DNA from: a virus
Lineage: Duplodnaviria; Caudoviricetes
Virus record (IMG/VR): IMGVR_UViG_3300028591_000103
Span: 1-64,000 of that record
Length of the DNA: 64,000 bases
Strand: one strand, 5' to 3'
Shown in pieces: positions 50,462-59,439 of this stretch. How positions within the stretch are numbered: the first letter of the stretch is position 1; every line of letters starts with the position of its first letter. The position numbers and the translations under genes were made by a program. The notes beneath the pieces were generated by a model. That model did not search any database and had not been told where the DNA came from. It was given only the letters and a program-made list of their open reading frames with translations.

Positions 50462-51694
50462 TTAATCATCTCTTACATCATTAATTCGCTGCATGATATA
50501 TGTTGCGATATAACAAATGTAAGCTTTTACAAGTTTATCTTGTACTTCATATTTTTCACACATTGGAAGAATAATTGGTTTCCCTGCAATTGCGCGATCA
50601 ATTGCTGTTGGAAATTTGGTAATTCTTCCAATGTATTTTGAGGAGTTAATGTCATCCAATGTATTGCCTTCTTTAACAATGAATACATATAGTATGACAT
50701 CAATGATGTTTCCAATATCTCTCTTATCAACCCTTTGAGCAAATTCATATAATGCTTCTGGTGGTTTGATTACTTTCAATTCAGCAATCGCTTTGTATGT
50801 TTGATTCATACGATGATACAAATCATCTCCACCGGAAATCTTACGAACCAGATTATTCCGAATCTTTGTCAGCTCATTGGTAGTGATATTAGAAGCGTCT
50901 TCTGTGTCGGGAGCCATCTCATTACCAGCATCCAAATCGGCATAATATCGATTTGCAATCGTTTGTAAATTTTGACGGAATGTGTTCCAAACACGATTCA
51001 TGAAATCGACAAACACTTTTGGTGTTAAATCGACTGCGAGTTTTGTTCTGTGGAACGCATAACTCGTTTCCACAGATTCACCAATCCAGTTGATCATGTT
51101 TTCATCTTTGACAAGATTCCATGATCGATCCAAATGCTGGTAAGTATATTCCATGATGGATTCTTTTGGATGTGGTGATGGGAAGAACTTATTGAATGCG
51201 GATTGATATACCGTCAACCCCATCTGTTGTCGTGCGGAATCACGAATCAGATTTCGTCCATCCTTAACATGTGCAGGATCTGTTACCATGTCAGAATAGA
51301 TCAATACCATCGCATGTATAACATTTGATGGATAAGAAACAATCGTATTGAAATCAGCTTCACTCACGTGAGTCTTCAAAATCTCTTTGATTGTTTTCTT
51401 TAATTCAGGAACGGTAAAACCGAAAATGGATAAGACTTCATCAACATATTTCCGAGGAAACACAACGCGTTTTGTTGGATATTGTTTCGCCAACATTTCT
51501 GCGTTTGCATCAATGAAGTCATTACCGGCTTTCAAATATTTTTTCATTCCTGACGGTGTTTTCATTACACGAATTACAGGATCAAGAAGTTTTTCTCGCA
51601 TCATGACTTTTCCGGGATCATCGAATGATGATTCCTGAATCAGATTCCATGCTTCTTGTTCTGAAAGAATTGGTTGTTCACACATGAAGAACAT
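50462..51694 (-). CDS. Hypothetical helical virion protein
   Basis: 410 aa; N-terminal LIQES motif. Confidence 0.7.
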   Translation of the reverse strand: MFFMCEQPILSEQEAWNLIQESSFDDPGKVMMREKLLDPVIRVMKTPSGMKKYLKAGNDFIDANAEMLAKQYPTKRVVFPRKYVDEVLSIFGFTVPELKKTIKEILKTHVSEADFNTIVSYPSNVIHAMVLIYSDMVTDPAHVKDGRNLIRDSARQQMGLTVYQSAFNKFFPSPHPKESIMEYTYQHLDRSWNLVKDENMINWIGESVETSYAFHRTKLAVDLTPKVFVDFMNRVWNTFRQNLQTIANRYYADLDAGNEMAPDTEDASNITTNELTKIRNNLVRKISGGDDLYHRMNQTYKAIAELKVIKPPEALYEFAQRVDKRDIGNIIDVILYVFIVKEGNTLDDINSSKYIGRITKFPTAIDRAIAGKPIILPMCEKYEVQDKLVKAYICYIATYIMQRINDVRDD

Positions 51695-51711
51695 GTTCAA
51701 CACCCCAATTC

Positions 51712-52218
51712 TTATTCAGCATCTGTATTGTTGTAATTCCGATTCTTCTTGTTCTTCTTCTTGTAGTTGCGATATTGCTGCTGGGTTTCTTCTGCAGGCT
51801 TTTCTTCCTCAGTCTTCTCCTCAACAACTTCTTCAGTCGTTTCTTCGACAGTGACAACAGGATCCAGCTCAACTGCCGGTTCCACATATGCTTCCTTCGG
51901 AACTTCCGGAAGAGGTTCTTCTTTCAGAGCTGTCTCGGTGAAAGCCGATTCAACAAACGGCTTTTCTTCGATTTCAATCGTAACCGGTTTCGGTTGTTCA
52001 ACGACAGGAGCCGGTGCAGCTGCTTTCTTTTCAGCAGCTTTCTTCTGCTTATCCAGAATCGTCTTCTTTGAAATGAAAACGCCTGTTGCAGCATCGTACA
52101 CTCTGACATTCTTGAAGTTTGTCAGACGAATGATTTCATCGTCAGACAGTTCAACATTTCTTGCCGGGAGGAGACCGATACCCGGAAATGCTCCTCTACC
52201 ATCAATATTGACGCGCAT
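51712..52218 (-). CDS. Hypothetical protein with acidic Pro/Glu-rich tail
   Basis: GGAGGG RBS before ATG 52218; 168 aa. Confidence 0.7.
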   Translation of the reverse strand: MRVNIDGRGAFPGIGLLPARNVELSDDEIIRLTNFKNVRVYDAATGVFISKKTILDKQKKAAEKKAAAPAPVVEQPKPVTIEIEEKPFVESAFTETALKEEPLPEVPKEAYVEPAVELDPVVTVEETTEEVVEEKTEEEKPAEETQQQYRNYKKKNKKNRNYNNTDAE

Positions 52219-52238
52219 AAAATTCCCTCCTATTGGAT

Positions 52239-52982
52239 TCATCGATTGATTTCCTTCATAGAATTATGAAGTTTTTCAATGCTGTAATAAGATTCTGAGA
52301 TCAGATCTGTTTTAACGCCCATTGCTTTTAAAAACAAATCTGTTTGAAGCAATGTGGGTTTATCATATACACCAGTTTTGATGTCTTCCAGTTTGACAGA
52401 ACCAGAACGAGAAATCTCATCCAGCATATTGTCATATTCTGTGACATTGTCACCACGTGCACCAGATATCTCAGAAAGAACCGCATCTGCACCAACACCA
52501 GCAAGCAACTCGTTTTCAACACCTGTTGTAGTACCACCTTTGGATTCACCTTTGACAGCACCGGTGTTTTCATCACGATTGGTATCACTCAAAGCCAGAC
52601 CCGTCTTTTTCATGACCATTTGCTGAGGACGTTTGATGTTCAAATATCCAACAAGTACAGGTTCCTTGGTTCTTACGGGTCTGTTCGGGTCTGATGATAG
52701 ATGAGGCATGTAAACGTACTCGAATAACTTGATTCCGAGCAAGTTTGCAGCTTTTTCCAGATTCTCATATTTCAGTTTTCTGGATTCATCTCCAAACTCT
52801 TCAATGTCAACACGAATGTTTGATTTCGGATCTGCCAAGAATTTTGTGATCCAATCATTGAATTGTTGATCGGACATGACTTGAAACATCTTGCGATATT
52901 TCTCAGCATTCACTCCAGAAAGATCCATTGTTTTCAAGACATTATCGATGAGCGTTTGGACTTGTTTTCGTTTCTCATTCAA
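52239..52982 (-). CDS. Split multisubunit RNA polymerase, beta C-terminal subunit (probably virion RNAP)
   Basis: VLVGYLNIKRPQQMVMKK...GGTTTGVENELL..VGADAVLSEI..ARGDN...FLKAMGV aligns with RpoB C-terminal VGYMYMLKL...GGQRFGEMEVWAL.AYGAAYTLQE..KSDD. Confidence 0.8.
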   Translation of the reverse strand: MNEKRKQVQTLIDNVLKTMDLSGVNAEKYRKMFQVMSDQQFNDWITKFLADPKSNIRVDIEEFGDESRKLKYENLEKAANLLGIKLFEYVYMPHLSSDPNRPVRTKEPVLVGYLNIKRPQQMVMKKTGLALSDTNRDENTGAVKGESKGGTTTGVENELLAGVGADAVLSEISGARGDNVTEYDNMLDEISRSGSVKLEDIKTGVYDKPTLLQTDLFLKAMGVKTDLISESYYSIEKLHNSMKEINR

Positions 52983-53010
52983 TGACTGACACTCCTTTCG
53001 GTATAAAAGT

Positions 53011-53022
53011 TACAAAAGCGTT
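53011..53022 (-). promoter_or_regulatory. Candidate late promoter AACG-N6-TA
   Basis: AACG CTTTTG TA between a terminator and the RNAP gene RBS. Confidence 0.5.
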
Positions 53023-53036
53023 TGAGACTATAAATA

Positions 53037-53060
53037 GGAGGAGGGCCGAAGCCCTCCTCT
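53037..53060 (-). terminator. Intrinsic terminator
   Basis: ggaggagggc cgaa gccctcctct (UUCG loop on the - strand). Confidence 0.8.
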
Positions 53061-53072
53061 GTTTTGATCATA

Positions 53073-55223
53073 TTACCAACGTCTTGGGCGAGAAATCTTT
53101 GATACAAGTTTAGCAGATTCCGTGACGGTAACTCCACCGCCCTTTGCAATCTTCTGGAGATGCTCATCCAGATTTTCAGCTTCCTTTGGATCAAAGAGTT
53201 GATCGGAGAATATCTCTTTGACATTGGTCTGTTCCAATGACGAGTAATTTTCGACAATCCACTCACAATATTTCTTGACTGATGGATCGAGTTTCTCTTT
53301 ACTTTCAAGAAGAGCTTTTGCAATCTTCATTCCTGCATAAGAACGTTCTGTAGCAGATGGGTGTGGATCCATAACCAATGTGCCGAGTTCACGTTCCAAT
53401 TTTGCAAGACGATTCAAACGTTCTGTATCAACCTGATTTGGTGTTAGTTTTGAGCCCAAACCACCGACGGCGAATGCTTGAGGGAGATTATACATACCTG
53501 CAAACAAGTCTGCATAATATTCTTCCTTATTGGTTCTATTGAGATATGCTTCAACCTGTTTTGCATATTCACCACCATCGTTCGCTTTTACTAAAGCGCC
53601 TATGCATAATATGAGTCCGATTGGAGCTAATATGCCTGTACATGTCAATACGATTCCAATGATAAACATTGCTTTCGATTTAGAACCTTGACTTCTTGAT
53701 TTTTCAGAAGCTTTCTTCTTTTCATTCAATTGACTCACATAAGACTGGAGACGTTCCATATATCGATCCAGATGTTCCAGATCTTCAGGACCCGCTTTCT
53801 CCACTTCACGCTTTAATTCTTCGATAGCGTTTTCATTGTACTTTGTTGCGGCGATTGACATCAATTGTTTTACGAGTTTGCGTTTCACAAAACGACCAAT
53901 CTTCTGTTGTCCAGTAGCAGTAATCGCGTTGATTGCATTAGTCAGAACAGCACGACGGGATTTGATATTGTCTGTACTGGATGCAAGCATAACTGCGGAA
54001 GCCATGACTGCGATATATCCATCTGTCTCTTTTCTGATGGCCGCGGAGATATTATGCCAAATCTCATGAAGGATAATCGACATGATTGCTTGACCATACA
54101 TCTCACGGTCATTCTGTGCAGGATTGATTTTAACGATATCACCAGCCAGAATCACATCAATCGGAAGTCCATGCAACTGGAATCCTTTTGCTTTTGAAAT
54201 GGAAACTGGTTGTGGAACGTCGCTGTATGTCGGTGTGTAACCATCGGTGACTTTCCGACCATTCTTATCTCGGACATCAAAGAATCGAACTGCAAGATGG
54301 CAATCAAACTGAGATTCAATCAGTTTAATCGCTGATTGGAATTTCGGTTTTCTGATCAACTCTTTGAAATCAAAATCTTTTGTTTCAATTTCACTTCTCG
54401 CTTCATTGATCAACTTGACAGCACGGAAGATATTCTTGTTGTCAAACTTCATGTATCGAAGATCTTCAGCCTTTGCGGCTTTGGGCTGTTTTGCAGCTTC
54501 TTGAATCATCGTATGTGTTTTATCCACATAATCAAATCCAAGAGATTGCATTTCTTCATAACCCATGTATGTAGAACCATGATGTTTATCAAACAAATCA
54601 ACATGGAATGCACACTCATGAATGTTTTCTGAGATATCATGTGCTGCTTTCTCCAGATCAATCTTCGAATCAGATGCTGTTGGAAGATTATTCATGATAT
54701 CATCTTCATCTGTGAAGTACGACTTCGGTTTCGATGGTTCTGAAACATAATCCGGAATCAACTTTTGTGAACGGAGTTCAGCAACCTTTGCATTTGCTGC
54801 AGGTGTATTCTCCATGTCAACAAGACCGGAAGAATATACAATGATTTCATTTCCATCGGAATCAAAATGACGACTGATAACTTCACCCTTCGAAGGATCG
54901 GGTGTCTTCTGAGAAGCATTCAATTTATTCTTCTCAATCTGATCTGCCTGATAATTATCAAGCTTTTCATTTACGCGTTGAGAAATGTTATCGAGAACAG
55001 CACCAATCGCACAAACAATTGCCTTTGTATTTGCAGACGGATTTGGACGATCCGGTGCAAGGATTGTATCTCCTTGCACCTGAATCGAATTTGCTCGATC
55101 ATCAACGACAATATTCTCAGCAGGAATCTGATACATCGCAGCAACAGCTTCCAATGCAGTAATCAGCGAATCAGAATTCTTTATCGCCTTTTCTACGGCT
55201 TCTTTTGTGATTTCAGATGTCAT
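53073..55223 (-). CDS. Virion protein with M48-like zinc metalloprotease domain and TM hairpin
   Basis: AAAGGAGG RBS before ATG 55223; ILHEIWH, EEYYADLFA and HPSATER motifs; MIQE|A site. Confidence 0.75.
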   Translation of the reverse strand: MTSEITKEAVEKAIKNSDSLITALEAVAAMYQIPAENIVVDDRANSIQVQGDTILAPDRPNPSANTKAIVCAIGAVLDNISQRVNEKLDNYQADQIEKNKLNASQKTPDPSKGEVISRHFDSDGNEIIVYSSGLVDMENTPAANAKVAELRSQKLIPDYVSEPSKPKSYFTDEDDIMNNLPTASDSKIDLEKAAHDISENIHECAFHVDLFDKHHGSTYMGYEEMQSLGFDYVDKTHTMIQEAAKQPKAAKAEDLRYMKFDNKNIFRAVKLINEARSEIETKDFDFKELIRKPKFQSAIKLIESQFDCHLAVRFFDVRDKNGRKVTDGYTPTYSDVPQPVSISKAKGFQLHGLPIDVILAGDIVKINPAQNDREMYGQAIMSIILHEIWHNISAAIRKETDGYIAVMASAVMLASSTDNIKSRRAVLTNAINAITATGQQKIGRFVKRKLVKQLMSIAATKYNENAIEELKREVEKAGPEDLEHLDRYMERLQSYVSQLNEKKKASEKSRSQGSKSKAMFIIGIVLTCTGILAPIGLILCIGALVKANDGGEYAKQVEAYLNRTNKEEYYADLFAGMYNLPQAFAVGGLGSKLTPNQVDTERLNRLAKLERELGTLVMDPHPSATERSYAGMKIAKALLESKEKLDPSVKKYCEWIVENYSSLEQTNVKEIFSDQLFDPKEAENLDEHLQKIAKGGGVTVTESAKLVSKISRPRRW

Positions 55224-55242
55224 ATAAATTCCTCCTTTCATA

Positions 55243-58200
55243 TTATGTGTTTGATGGATTTTCTGCCGGAGTTTCTGGATTAACTGCCTGATCCGCTGTC
55301 GGAGTCCCAGCTTTCTCTGCACCATTTTCTTGAGGATTAACCGTATTCACAGCATTTTCCTTTGCAGCCTTTCCAGATGTTTGTGCCTGGTATGCATCAA
55401 CAATCTTCTTATACGCTTCATAATACGTATTGAAGAATTCTTTGGTGATGGTGTTGATTGTGTTCATCTGATAATTCGCAGCAACTTCCTGAAGCATATC
55501 GAACATCTTTTGAGCATTGGACTTTCCACCCTGAGTATTGGTGTCTTCACCGCCGTTTTGTTGAGCTTTATTGGCAGCAGCTTCATCAGATTTCATCTGT
55601 GATTCAACAGCCTTCAATGATGTTTGAAGAGCCTTTGTCATACTGCGAGAAACTTCTTCAATGAGCTTCTGAGAATTCAGCAGATCAGATACGATTGAAT
55701 TCCAGATGTCTGCAGTCATCGCACCAGTGTAACTTGTTTGCTGTTCATTTGGTTCTGTTGTGCTGAAAAGAATATAATTCTTTATCAGTTTCACAGCATC
55801 TTCCTTCTGAGCCTGAGCAATCTTCGTAGCTGTTGCATCATCACCCGGATAAAGATCAGCTTTATAATTCTGAAGCTCTTCATCCGTAATTGGATTATCT
55901 TTATTCGCGCCAAGGAATTTCGCGGTCACATTTTGAACATTCGCTTCCTTGGATAACACATCCTTTGCAGGAATCTTGTACATTGGGAAATACTTCAAAT
56001 TCGGTTTGAAGTTTCCGTTTGCAATCGCCTGACCAATGCTCTTGTTAACTTTGTCATGAGTCTTGATCCAAGCGGTCTTTGCAGCATTCAATGCATTAAA
56101 CGAATTCGGAACATTCGCAAACTTTGTCTGGATCCATTTACCGAAGCTTCTGATTAATCCAGTCAATTTCGAAAGAACACCATTCTTCGGTGCTGTGTTG
56201 ACAGGTTGTCCACCGATCTCAACTTGTGGACCGCCATTATTTTCTTTACCTTCATCTGCTTCAGTAAATACGAACTGTTCGCAATATGTGAATCCGGGAA
56301 TCATTGTATCACACATATTATCATCGTATGTAATGACGGTATGTGTATTATGATACAGCTTCAGAACATTCTTTGTGAAGCATTCACCGAGCACACAGAG
56401 AATATCCGTAACAAGTTGACGATTACATGTTAATCCGACAGAATCGATTATGTGATGCATCACACCAGAAATACGAATAATATTATCTGCAATATCCGAA
56501 TTATCTTTTAATGTGCATCCACAATACATTCTATGAAGCATCTTCATTGTTTCAACAAGAGGATGACGTTCATCATTGCCGACTGCATCCAGACGATAAT
56601 TGGAATCATAGAATTGGTTACCATAAGAAATCTTATCTAACCAATTCACATCCGTGAAGAATGAACATCTGTCAGCAAGGAATCCACGACCATTGTCATT
56701 CAATCCAAAGTCTTCTTCACATTTATGGAAGTATGGGCGGAACATTTCAATGGTAGGTGCACACATTGCATATGTCGGTAATGAATCCATTGTAGAATAC
56801 TTGACAAGCATTGTGCGAATAGGCGAACGTTCCGACTTCAACATGAAATGAATTGCACTCTTTGTATCCTTGAAATTCGGGGTGCAATCTTGTAATACAA
56901 CATTTCTCATGTTGCAATCAAACGGCATCCGTGTGCTGAGATTCACATCATTGGTTTTGATAATCGCACATTCCATGACACATTCTTGCCAAGGTTTTGC
57001 AACTTTCGTACGTGCAAATGATTTCATTTTCTTGTCGACATCTTCGCCATTGTAATCCTTGGCATTTCCGTCGAATACAAGTTTGCATTGATCCGGTGTC
57101 ATTTCCGCAGCATCACGCATCTGTTGTGGAGAAGGAACGGCCTTATCAGAAAACGCCTTTCCACACATCTTAATCAGGTCATTCGTAAATGTTGTACAGA
57201 TCTTCTTGGTATCATCCTTGGAACCAGTTGTATCATCATTGAATGCCTTCTTGATCAATAATCCAATATCGAACTTGGAATTGTCCTTATCATCATAACG
57301 ACGCAATGCTTCTTGATGGATTGCTTCATGAGCATCTTTCGGAATATAGAATCCGAATACACAGATGTCTTTATCCGCAAGATTGGATGCTTGTAATGAT
57401 TCACGTTTCATACCCATCTTCTTAGGATGATCCGGATCATCTTGCAATCTTGCTCCATAAGAGAACATCTCCTTCAGACCGGCATCAAATGCAAGAGAGC
57501 AATGGGACCATTTTGATTTTGTAATCTTTTGGATCTGATGGCTCAATGGTGCAGTGCCTGACGAAAGAACGATGAACAACGGAGCATACTCTCTTCTGCT
57601 GAAAGATTCCTGGGTAATGATTTCTCCACGTCTATCTTTGGAATCAAATGTAGAACGCGGAATTGCATAAGCGATCATCTGTTCCAGAGTACATGTATTC
57701 AGAGAGCAAACAAACAGAATGAATGTCTCGATGTATTTCATAACGAGACCGCAGTCACAACAAACGATTCCATCTCTGAGAGAATCCTTCATTGTATCTT
57801 TAATAGTATTCGGAAGCGCATTGACAACTGCTTTCATTGCAGCAGGGAAATGCATACCATTAATAGTATCATAATCCTTCTTCATATCTTTTGCACGTTC
57901 CGTCAGCTCATACTTTGAATATACAGCTCTGTCAAAGAATGTGTTCTGTGCTTGTACCAGAAGATCGAGCAATGTTTCTGTACGAGGATCCATATAAGAA
58001 TCGAATCCAAGCAGATTATCTCGACACATCTTCACACCACTGTTATCAACGACAAATTGTTTCGCCAGTTCAACTGATAATTTCTCCAGATCAGGAACAT
58101 TGCATGCAACCAGTCTTTTTGATATTGCTTTGAAAAGATATGAGATGTAAGATGCAATATCTTTTGGAGTGATGTAGATCATCTGATAACGTGTATTACA

Positions 58201-58377
58201 GATACCATATGATTCCGTGAACTTTGATCCTTTTACAATGGATTCGAGTTGATCCAATGTATCATCATAGACTTTCAGAGATTCTGAAAAAGCAGTCAAG
58301 AAATCCGAACCAAACTCAAGCTTCGGCTTTCCGTCTGTCTTATTCACATCAATGATATCCATTACTTTATCGGACAT
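55243..58377 (-). CDS. Large virion protein containing a permuted papain-like NlpC/P60 (YiiX-type) domain
   Basis: 1044 aa; LSHQIQKITKSKWSHCSLAFD ... FDIGLL ... ICTTFT ... SPQQM (His before Cys). Confidence 0.75.
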   Translation of the reverse strand: MSDKVMDIIDVNKTDGKPKLEFGSDFLTAFSESLKVYDDTLDQLESIVKGSKFTESYGICNTRYQMIYITPKDIASYISYLFKAISKRLVACNVPDLEKLSVELAKQFVVDNSGVKMCRDNLLGFDSYMDPRTETLLDLLVQAQNTFFDRAVYSKYELTERAKDMKKDYDTINGMHFPAAMKAVVNALPNTIKDTMKDSLRDGIVCCDCGLVMKYIETFILFVCSLNTCTLEQMIAYAIPRSTFDSKDRRGEIITQESFSRREYAPLFIVLSSGTAPLSHQIQKITKSKWSHCSLAFDAGLKEMFSYGARLQDDPDHPKKMGMKRESLQASNLADKDICVFGFYIPKDAHEAIHQEALRRYDDKDNSKFDIGLLIKKAFNDDTTGSKDDTKKICTTFTNDLIKMCGKAFSDKAVPSPQQMRDAAEMTPDQCKLVFDGNAKDYNGEDVDKKMKSFARTKVAKPWQECVMECAIIKTNDVNLSTRMPFDCNMRNVVLQDCTPNFKDTKSAIHFMLKSERSPIRTMLVKYSTMDSLPTYAMCAPTIEMFRPYFHKCEEDFGLNDNGRGFLADRCSFFTDVNWLDKISYGNQFYDSNYRLDAVGNDERHPLVETMKMLHRMYCGCTLKDNSDIADNIIRISGVMHHIIDSVGLTCNRQLVTDILCVLGECFTKNVLKLYHNTHTVITYDDNMCDTMIPGFTYCEQFVFTEADEGKENNGGPQVEIGGQPVNTAPKNGVLSKLTGLIRSFGKWIQTKFANVPNSFNALNAAKTAWIKTHDKVNKSIGQAIANGNFKPNLKYFPMYKIPAKDVLSKEANVQNVTAKFLGANKDNPITDEELQNYKADLYPGDDATATKIAQAQKEDAVKLIKNYILFSTTEPNEQQTSYTGAMTADIWNSIVSDLLNSQKLIEEVSRSMTKALQTSLKAVESQMKSDEAAANKAQQNGGEDTNTQGGKSNAQKMFDMLQEVAANYQMNTINTITKEFFNTYYEAYKKIVDAYQAQTSGKAAKENAVNTVNPQENGAEKAGTPTADQAVNPETPAENPSNT

Positions 58378-58435
58378 AAGACAAATCTCCTTTTCATAAA
58401 ATTTGAAATAACAAAACCCTCTACAAGCAGAGGTT

Positions 58436-58447
58436 TAACAACTCGTT
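58436..58447 (-). promoter_or_regulatory. Candidate late promoter AACG-N6-TA
   Basis: AACG AGTTGT TA heading the head-gene operon. Confidence 0.5.
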
Positions 58448-58688
58448 TTCCACATTATAATACTTCGCTTTTTAAAATGAAAAAAAAAATAAAATTTCGT
58501 ATATATTTCATTTCCATGAAATGAAATCTCATTTCATATTCATTACAAAACACTGCCAATCAACATTCCAATTATCATTGGGGATATTTTTGAAAAAATC
58601 ATAATAGAAAATTATCATGCTGATTGGACATTATATATTATCTTTTGACAAAATTTTAATCACTTGAGAAAGGAGGATACTATATATC

Positions 58689-59435
58689 ATGCGTAATACT
58701 CGTTGTCCTTTTTGTATCAAAATTTTTAATGACAAACATCAATTCTGTCATCACATAGCCAACGTTCATAATGATCAAACTCCAGAGGACGCTGATCCTC
58801 TGGAGTTTGCTTATTCTTTATTGGTTCATAAACCGATTGGAAGAATCTGTGTCATGTGTCGCAATAACAAAGTGAATTTCAATCAACAGAGTTTGAAGTA
58901 TGACAGAATTTGTTCAGATCCAAAGTGCAAAGAAGCTTATGTCAAAATGATGAAAGCTAGAATGGTGAAAGTCCATGGACAGGAGCATCTTTTAAATGAT
59001 GCCGATATGCAACGAAAAATGATTTATAATCATCCAAACGCACGGGATTTCGTTTGGGATGAAGATCACAAATTTCGGGTGATCGGTACTTATGAAGAAG
59101 ATTTCTTGAAGAAATTGAGATCTATTGGATGGAGTCCAAACGATGTAATTGCACCGTCTCCAAATAATTATTGGTACAAATGGAAAGATGGTACATTGCA
59201 TCTATATATTCCCGATTTCTATATCCCTTCTTTGTCTCTTGAGGTTGAAATCAAAGAATCAGATAATCATCATCCGAGAATGGAACATGCTCGGGAAATT
59301 GAACATCTGAAAGATCAACGTTTAAGAGATGAAGAAAAGAAAACCCATATCCATTATATCAAGATCGTTGATAAAAACTATGACGAATTCATGCGGGATT
59401 ATGTTAAATCCGATGAAAATAAACCGGAGGATTAA
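58689..59435 (+). CDS. Zinc-finger + TnsA-like PD-(D/E)XK endonuclease
   Basis: CPFC...H...H and CVMC...C...C fingers; YIPDFYIPSLSLEVEIK. Confidence 0.8.
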   Translation: MRNTRCPFCIKIFNDKHQFCHHIANVHNDQTPEDADPLEFAYSLLVHKPIGRICVMCRNNKVNFNQQSLKYDRICSDPKCKEAYVKMMKARMVKVHGQEHLLNDADMQRKMIYNHPNARDFVWDEDHKFRVIGTYEEDFLKKLRSIGWSPNDVIAPSPNNYWYKWKDGTLHLYIPDFYIPSLSLEVEIKESDNHHPRMEHAREIEHLKDQRLRDEEKKTHIHYIKIVDKNYDEFMRDYVKSDENKPED

Positions 59436-59439
59436 TTAT

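Noticed and set aside
58689-59435. Tn7-like transposon suggested by the TnsA-like nuclease
   Set aside because: No tnsB/tnsC or transposon ends; TnsA-like nucleases are common stand-alone phage genes.
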